From Alkanindiges sp. WGS2144 (GTDB lineage: Bacteria; Pseudomonadota; Gammaproteobacteria; Pseudomonadales; Moraxellaceae), in NCBI RefSeq assembly GCF_043950625.1, contig NZ_CP171007.1: 32,000 nucleotides of DNA; one strand, written 5' to 3'. Shown here piece after piece: positions 26,878 to 32,000 of the stretch. How positions within the stretch are numbered: position 1 is the first letter of the stretch; every line of letters starts with the position of its first letter. Both the position numbers and the translations under genes were made by a program. A model generated the notes under the pieces. That model made no database searches. It was given only the letters and a program-made list of their open reading frames with translations, and was not told where the DNA came from.

Positions 26878-26896
26878 TTATTCAATCATTGAATAA
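26878..26896. promoter_or_regulatory. 19-bp perfect palindrome TTATTCAAT-C-ATTGAATAA upstream of the small secreted-protein gene.
   Basis: Read directly from the sequence. It ends 9 nt before the GGAG (26906-26909) and 21 nt before the ATG at 26918. It could be an operator or a 5'-UTR hairpin. Confidence 0.3.
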
Positions 26897-26917
26897 AGCT
26901 CGAGTGGAGTATGAACC

Positions 26918-27397
26918 ATGTTATTTAATAGACAAACATTATTAATGGCTTCAATCTTGTCATTGGCTATGACTGCTGGCTCAGCATTTGCTGCCAGCGC
27001 TGAAACCCAAAACAGTACGACAGCGAAAACAGATACGACGCATATGCATGCGGCGACCACCAATCCTGATAATGTAAAAACTACGGCAAGTAATAAGACG
27101 GTAACCAGCACGACCACAACTGATAAAGTTGAAAACAACGCCAAAAAAAGTAACGTTGAAACCAGCTCACAAACCGGAATAAAAAGCCTGGGTACCGGTA
27201 CAGCGGACGGTGTTGAAAAGCTGGGTGGGGTGGTGGTTGATGAGACTAGGGCAGCAGCTAATTTTATTGGTGAAAAAGCCGAAACAGCATGGGATAAAAC
27301 CAAGGAAGTGACTAAAGATGTAACTGACCGGGTGACAGAAAGTAATAAAAAGGCAACCGGTAGCAAGCCAAAAACACAAAAAATCACCAGCAAGTAG
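26918..27397 (+). CDS. Small secreted Thr/Lys/Ser-rich, probably intrinsically disordered protein of unknown function.
   Basis: GGAG lies 8 nt before the ATG. Signal peptide MLFNRQTLLMASILSLAMTAGSAFA|AS. The mature part is low complexity (TTAKTDTT, TVTSTTTTDK) with an amphipathic stretch GEKAETAWDKTKEVTKDVTDRVTE. It ends at a TAG, and the same frame stays open for 40 more codons. Confidence 0.6.
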   Translation: MLFNRQTLLMASILSLAMTAGSAFAASAETQNSTTAKTDTTHMHAATTNPDNVKTTASNKTVTSTTTTDKVENNAKKSNVETSSQTGIKSLGTGTADGVEKLGGVVVDETRAAANFIGEKAETAWDKTKEVTKDVTDRVTESNKKATGSKPKTQKITSK

Positions 27398-27815
27398 TCA
27401 GCCTCTGAGGTCAAACGCTCGAAGACAGACCAGAATGATAGTAAAGCTGCCAAAACCACAACAGTCAAAACCAGCAAAACTACTCAAAAAAGTGTCTCAG
27501 CAACCGAATCTGCCAAATGATATGGCGAGACTGATATTTTTTAACACTGATTGACTTAAGAACAGCGCTCCACAAAAGGCTATTTAAAAGTAGTGGTATG
27601 GCGCTGTTGTATAAGTCTGGCTTTGTTCTGCATTTACACTATTAAAATACAGGCAAAATTTTAAAAGGGCGGCCTTTGATCAAGCGATCACAACGGTTTC
27701 AGGGGATAAGAAGAAAGTAAAAAACATTGGCTAAAACATAATCAGAATGCACGAAAGCCTAGCTGATTTGATTGTTTGCGCGTATCATATAGCGCTTCTT
27801 TCAAACATTGCGGTT

Positions 27816-27830
27816 TTGTTAAGTTAACAA
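27816..27830. promoter_or_regulatory. 15-bp perfect palindrome TTGTTAA-G-TTAACAA in the purL leader.
   Basis: Read directly from the sequence. It ends 6 nt before the GGAG (27837-27840) and 21 nt before the purL ATG. Confidence 0.3.
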
Positions 27831-27851
27831 GCCCCTGGAGCCAGTTTCAGC

Positions 27852-30800
27852 ATGTTTATTGTGGCCGGTGCTTCTGCACACTCGAACTTTAAGCAACATC
27901 AGCTTTTATCGCGTATTTGTGCGCTTGGTTCAGCTGCAAACAGGGGTATTACCCTGGAAAGCCAGTTTGTTTATCTGTTTGATCAGGAGTTAAGTGAGCA
28001 TCAGCAGTCGGTTGCTGCCCAGTTGCTTAATGATGGTCAGAACTATACGCTGGCAACAGCGGAATCTGGTGATGTACAAGTGCTGGTTACCACCCGTATT
28101 GGCACGATTTCCCCCTGGTCGTCCAAGGCCACTGATATTTTCAAGAACTGTAATGCGCCTGTTCACCGTCTGGAACGCGGCATTTTATATACCTTGCGTG
28201 GTCTGGGTAGTTTAAATGCTGAGGTTTCTGCCTTATTGCATGATCGCATGACAGAAACCATTTTTGCCAGTGTTGACGCTGCCGCAGCCCTATTTGATGA
28301 AACGGCGCCAAAGCCGTTGCAATCGGTAGATATTTTGGGGCAGGGTGTTGATGCACTGGTTAGAGCAAATCAGGAGTTTGGTTTTGCCCTCTCCATGCAG
28401 GAAATTGAATATCTGACCCAAGCCTTTACCCAGCTTGGGCGCAACCCGCATGATATTGAACTGATGATGTTTGCGCAGGCCAACTCTGAGCACTGCCGCC
28501 ACAAAATCTTTAATGCTGAATGGACAGTTAATGGTGAAAAACAGCCATTATCCTTATTCCAGATGATTAAAAATACCTATAAAGAGTCACCAACCGATGT
28601 ACTGTCTGCCTATAAAGACAATGCCTCGGTCATTGTGGGTTTTGATACCGCACGTTTTTATAAGCAATACCAGCCGGAAAGTGGTCAGCATGAATATGTG
28701 TACCGCAATCAGGCCGTGCATATTTTAATGAAAGTGGAAACCCATAACCATCCCACAGCCATTGCGCCATTTGCCGGTGCAGCGACTGGTTCTGGCGGCG
28801 AAATCCGTGATGAAGGTGCAACCGGGCGTGGTGGCAAACCCAAAGCCGGTCTGGCAGGTTTTACCGTTTCTAACTTAAATATTCCCGGTTTTGAACAACC
28901 CTGGGAAGTACCGTACGGTAAACCCAACCGTATGGCCTCAGCCTTGCAGATCATGATTGAAGGGCCTCTGGGTGCCGCGGCGTTTAATAACGAATTTGGC
29001 CGTCCCAACCTGTGTGGTTATTTCCGTACCTTTGAGCAGGCCGTGCCTACTACCAATGGTGTAGAAGTTAAAGGTTTTCATAAGCCAATTATGATTGCTG
29101 GTGGTTACGGTAATATTCGCCCTGAACATGTGGAAAAAGACCCTATTGAGCCAGGTGATCTGCTGATTGTACTGGGCGGCCCGGCGTTACTGATTGGTTT
29201 AGGTGGTGGTGCAGCATCTTCTGTAGATAGCGGCACCATGGGTGAGCAACTGGATTTTGCCTCGGTACAGCGTGATAACCCTGAAATGGAGCGTCGTTGC
29301 CAGGAAGTGATTGACGCCTGCTGGGGTATGGAAGACGAAAACCCGATTGTGTCGATTCATGACGTGGGCGCGGGTGGCTTGTCTAATGCCATGCCGGAGC
29401 TGGTCAATGATCATAAACTGGGCGCCGTGCTGAATCTGCGTAAGATTCCATCGCTGGAGCCGGGCATGTCACCCATGGAAATCTGGTCAAATGAAGCACA
29501 GGAACGTTATGTACTAGCTATTCGTCCAGAGTCTTTAGAGTTGTTTGAATCCCTGTGTGCCCGTGAACGCTGCCCGTTTGCGGTACTGGGTGAAGCCACC
29601 GAAGCGCGGCATTTAACCGTAGAAGACCCCTTGTTTGATAATAAGGCCGTGGATATTCCCATGCAGGTGATGCTGGGTGGTACACCACGTATGCAGCGCA
29701 GCTATGACACCGTGGCACGTCAGGGTAGTGCGTTTGATACCAGCACAATTGACCTAAAGGACGCTATTTTCCGCGTACTGCGCCATCCCACGGTTGCCAG
29801 CAAATCCTTTTTGATTACCATTGGCGACCGTTCCATCACCGGGATGGTGGCACGCGACCAAATGGTTGGCCCATGGCAGGTGCCTGTGGCTGATTGTGCG
29901 GTAACCACAACAGGCTATCAGACCTATACCGGCGAAGCCATGAGTATGGGTGAGCGCCCACCGGTTGCGCTGCTCAATCCGGCAGCGTCTGCGCGTCTGG
30001 CAGTGGCTGAAGCCATTACCAACATCAGTGCTACCAGCATCCGGCAGTTGAGCGATATCAAATTATCCGCGAACTGGATGGCAGCCGCCGGGCAACCGGG
30101 CGAGGATCAGGCGTTATTTGAAGCCGTTAAAACTGTAGGCATGGAAATTTGCCCAACACTGGGTATTGCTATACCAGTAGGCAAGGATTCCTTATCAATG
30201 CGTACTACCTGGCAGGATGAGCATAGCGGTGAGGACAAAGCAGTTACTTCGCCCATGTCAGCCATTATTTCTGCCTTTGCCCCGGTGCAGGATGTACGTA
30301 AAACCCTGACTCCTGAGCTTAAGCGTGATGAAGATACCGTACTGGTACGTCTGGATTTATCGCGTGGCAAGTTTCGTCTGGGTGCTTCCATTTTGGCGCA
30401 GGTGTATCAAGGTTTGGGTGAAACTACGGCGGATCTTGATTCTACCGATGACCTTAAAGCTTTCTTTGCCTTAATTCAGGACTGGAACCAGCGTGGCTTG
30501 CTACTGGCTTATCATGATATTGGTGACGGTGGCTTGCTGGCAAGTGTGAGTGAAATGATGTTTGCTTCACGCTTAGGCGCTGATTTGCAACTCAGTGGCA
30601 CGGATACACTGGCTGAACTATTTGCTGAAGAAGTTGGTGCAGTGGTTCAGTTAACTGCCACCAGCTGGGCACAGCTGCAACAGGAGCTACAAGGGCACCT
30701 GTTACAGGATGCTATCTACCAGATCGGTACAGTGAATAATAGCGATCTGCTGAGTGTAGCGGGTCTGTCTTTGTCCCGTGTGGAAATGCAACAAGCCTGG

Positions 30801-31727
30801 GCATCAGTAAGTTATCAAATCCAGCGTCTGCGTGATAATTCCGAAGGCGCTGATCAGGAGTTTAGCCTGATTGGTGAGACAAGCTTCCAGGGTTTGATTG
30901 CCAGGCCAACCTTCGATTTAAATGAACCGATTGAAGCACCATTTATCAATGTGCGTAAGCCCAAAATGGCTATCCTGCGTGAACAGGGCGTCAATGGTCA
31001 GCTGGAAATGGCAGCTGGTTTTGAGAAAGCCGGTTTTTGTAGTGTGGATGTTCATATGAGTGACTTGCTGGCCGGGCATGTGGACTTGAATGACTTTGAA
31101 GGACTTGTAGCCTGCGGTGGCTTTAGTTATGGTGACGTGTTAGGTGCTGGGGGTGGCTGGGCCAAGTCTATCCTGTTTAATACCCGTTTGCGTGACCAGT
31201 TTGAACGCTTCTTCCAGCGTGATGAAACCTTTAGCTTAGGGATTTGCAATGGCTGTCAGATGATGTCGCAGCTCAAGGAGCTGATTCCTGGTGCTGAAAA
31301 CTGGCCGCGCTTTTACCCCAATACCAGCGAACGTTTTGAAGCGCGGACAGTAAACGTACGTGTGGAGCAGTCCCGCTCGGTACTCCTGGAAGATATGGCG
31401 GGTTCTATTTTACCGATTGCGGTTGCGCATGGTGAAGGACGTGTGGTTGCCAGTAGCGACGTACTAGCCAGTCTATCTACGCAGCAACAAATCAGCTTGC
31501 GCTATGTGGATAGTCAGGGCAATCCAACCCAGCATTATCCGCTTAATCCGAATGGTTCACCCGAAGGCATTACGGGCGTAACCAGTCTGGATGGCCGCGC
31601 TACTATTCTTATGCCGCATCCGGAGCGTACGTTCCGTGCAGTGCAGCATTCATGGAAGCCAGAAGACTGGACTGAGGATGGCGCATGGCTGCGTTTGTTC
31701 CGAAATGCAAGACGATTTATCGGTTAA
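27852..31727 (+). CDS. purL: Phosphoribosylformylglycinamidine synthase, single-chain large form.
   Basis: 1291 aa. The FGAM synthase N-terminus, two AIRS-like domains ([25 protein letters not shown]) and a C-terminal glutamine amidotransferase (GICNGCQMM...MPHPER). Confidence 0.98.
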   Translation: MFIVAGASAHSNFKQHQLLSRICALGSAANRGITLESQFVYLFDQELSEHQQSVAAQLLNDGQNYTLATAESGDVQVLVTTRIGTISPWSSKATDIFKNCNAPVHRLERGILYTLRGLGSLNAEVSALLHDRMTETIFASVDAAAALFDETAPKPLQSVDILGQGVDALVRANQEFGFALSMQEIEYLTQAFTQLGRNPHDIELMMFAQANSEHCRHKIFNAEWTVNGEKQPLSLFQMIKNTYKESPTDVLSAYKDNASVIVGFDTARFYKQYQPESGQHEYVYRNQAVHILMKVETHNHPTAIAPFAGAATGSGGEIRDEGATGRGGKPKAGLAGFTVSNLNIPGFEQPWEVPYGKPNRMASALQIMIEGPLGAAAFNNEFGRPNLCGYFRTFEQAVPTTNGVEVKGFHKPIMIAGGYGNIRPEHVEKDPIEPGDLLIVLGGPALLIGLGGGAASSVDSGTMGEQLDFASVQRDNPEMERRCQEVIDACWGMEDENPIVSIHDVGAGGLSNAMPELVNDHKLGAVLNLRKIPSLEPGMSPMEIWSNEAQERYVLAIRPESLELFESLCARERCPFAVLGEATEARHLTVEDPLFDNKAVDIPMQVMLGGTPRMQRSYDTVARQGSAFDTSTIDLKDAIFRVLRHPTVASKSFLITIGDRSITGMVARDQMVGPWQVPVADCAVTTTGYQTYTGEAMSMGERPPVALLNPAASARLAVAEAITNISATSIRQLSDIKLSANWMAAAGQPGEDQALFEAVKTVGMEICPTLGIAIPVGKDSLSMRTTWQDEHSGEDKAVTSPMSAIISAFAPVQDVRKTLTPELKRDEDTVLVRLDLSRGKFRLGASILAQVYQGLGETTADLDSTDDLKAFFALIQDWNQRGLLLAYHDIGDGGLLASVSEMMFASRLGADLQLSGTDTLAELFAEEVGAVVQLTATSWAQLQQELQGHLLQDAIYQIGTVNNSDLLSVAGLSLSRVEMQQAWASVSYQIQRLRDNSEGADQEFSLIGETSFQGLIARPTFDLNEPIEAPFINVRKPKMAILREQGVNGQLEMAAGFEKAGFCSVDVHMSDLLAGHVDLNDFEGLVACGGFSYGDVLGAGGGWAKSILFNTRLRDQFERFFQRDETFSLGICNGCQMMSQLKELIPGAENWPRFYPNTSERFEARTVNVRVEQSRSVLLEDMAGSILPIAVAHGEGRVVASSDVLASLSTQQQISLRYVDSQGNPTQHYPLNPNGSPEGITGVTSLDGRATILMPHPERTFRAVQHSWKPEDWTEDGAWLRLFRNARRFIG

Positions 31728-31749
31728 AGCTAAGCCATTGTTAATAAAG

Positions 31750-31775
31750 ACCGCATCAATCTGGTGCGGTTTTTT
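31750..31775 (+). terminator. Rho-independent terminator after purL.
   Basis: ACCGCATCA-atc-TGGTGCGGT (9-bp stem with one G-U pair) followed by TTTTT. Confidence 0.8.
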
Positions 31776-31947
31776 ATTGTGCACTTAACCCTAAAGTAAT
31801 GGACGGGCTGAGGTTTTAAGGCTATCTTTAGTTCGCATAATAATTGCAGATTGTGCATAACAATAATGCAGTCTAATCACTGCGGGTATGATGGCTTAAT
31901 GGCGCAAGCTAGTAGTCATTTAAAAGATAGATGCTAAGGAATAAGCA

Positions 31948-32000
31948 ATGTATAAGTTTGTTTTTTTTGTGCCGGATACTCATGTGCAAGAAGTAAAAGA
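31948..32000 (+). CDS. 5' end of an unidentified small-protein gene (17 codons in the window).
   Basis: AAGGA at 31936-31940 lies 7 nt before the ATG. The product starts MYKFVFFVPDTHVQEVK. From memory this resembles the N-terminus of COG3323/YqfO-type (Nif3-insert-like) proteins. The fragment is too short to be sure. Confidence 0.4.
   Translation, partial: MYKFVFFVPDTHVQEVK

Noticed and set aside
26878-26896. The 19-bp palindrome as a Fur box.
   Set aside because: It shares the 9-1-9 geometry, but the half-site TTATTCAAT matches GATAATGAT at only 2 of 9 positions. It is not supportable as a Fur or Zur site.
26878-27477. A 199-aa hydrophobic ORF antisense to the small secreted-protein gene.
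   Set aside because: It is the mirror image of Thr/Lys/Ser codons, which read as Val/Leu/Phe on the other strand. It has no SD. The plus-strand ORF has an SD and a canonical signal peptide. It is useful only for showing that the composition continues past the TAG.

Overview
The window looks like a core-chromosome segment of a gammaproteobacterium with Moraxellaceae/Acinetobacter-like gene order; the taxon is inference only. About 90% is coding. Left to right: (1) an atu-type acyl-CoA catabolic cluster on the minus strand, with AtuA-family protein, PECR-like SDR, acyl-CoA carboxylase carboxyltransferase subunit and acyl-CoA dehydrogenase (truncated by the window edge), plus a divergent TetR regulator; (2) purN-purM divergent from an AI-2E permease and hda; (3) two tandem, translationally coupled, AT-rich genes for large secreted CSLREA / beta-helix / cadherin-like proteins, both ending in GlyGly-CTERM-type sorting signals; (4) a convergent ECF sigma / short anti-sigma / periplasmic repeat-protein operon that shares a bidirectional terminator with them; (5) a TrmH-family methyltransferase and fbp; (6) a complete ybgC-tolQ-tolR-tolA-tolB-pal cluster; (7) ruvA-ruvB and a dGTPase-family gene; (8) a 1.27-kb AT-rich gap holding one small gene for a secreted Thr/Lys/Ser-rich disordered protein, whose TAG stop is followed in frame by 40 codons of the same composition; (9) purL and the first codons of another gene. 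I found no rRNA, tRNA, CRISPR, IS element, integrase or recognisable defence or toxin-antitoxin module. I cannot point to a clearly novel multi-gene system. The best candidates for follow-up are the tandem predicted rhombosortase substrates, the adjacent uncharacterised ECF module, and the small disordered secreted protein with the in-frame stop. Several track ORF starts are GTG/TTG extensions; I trimmed them to better-supported ATGs.
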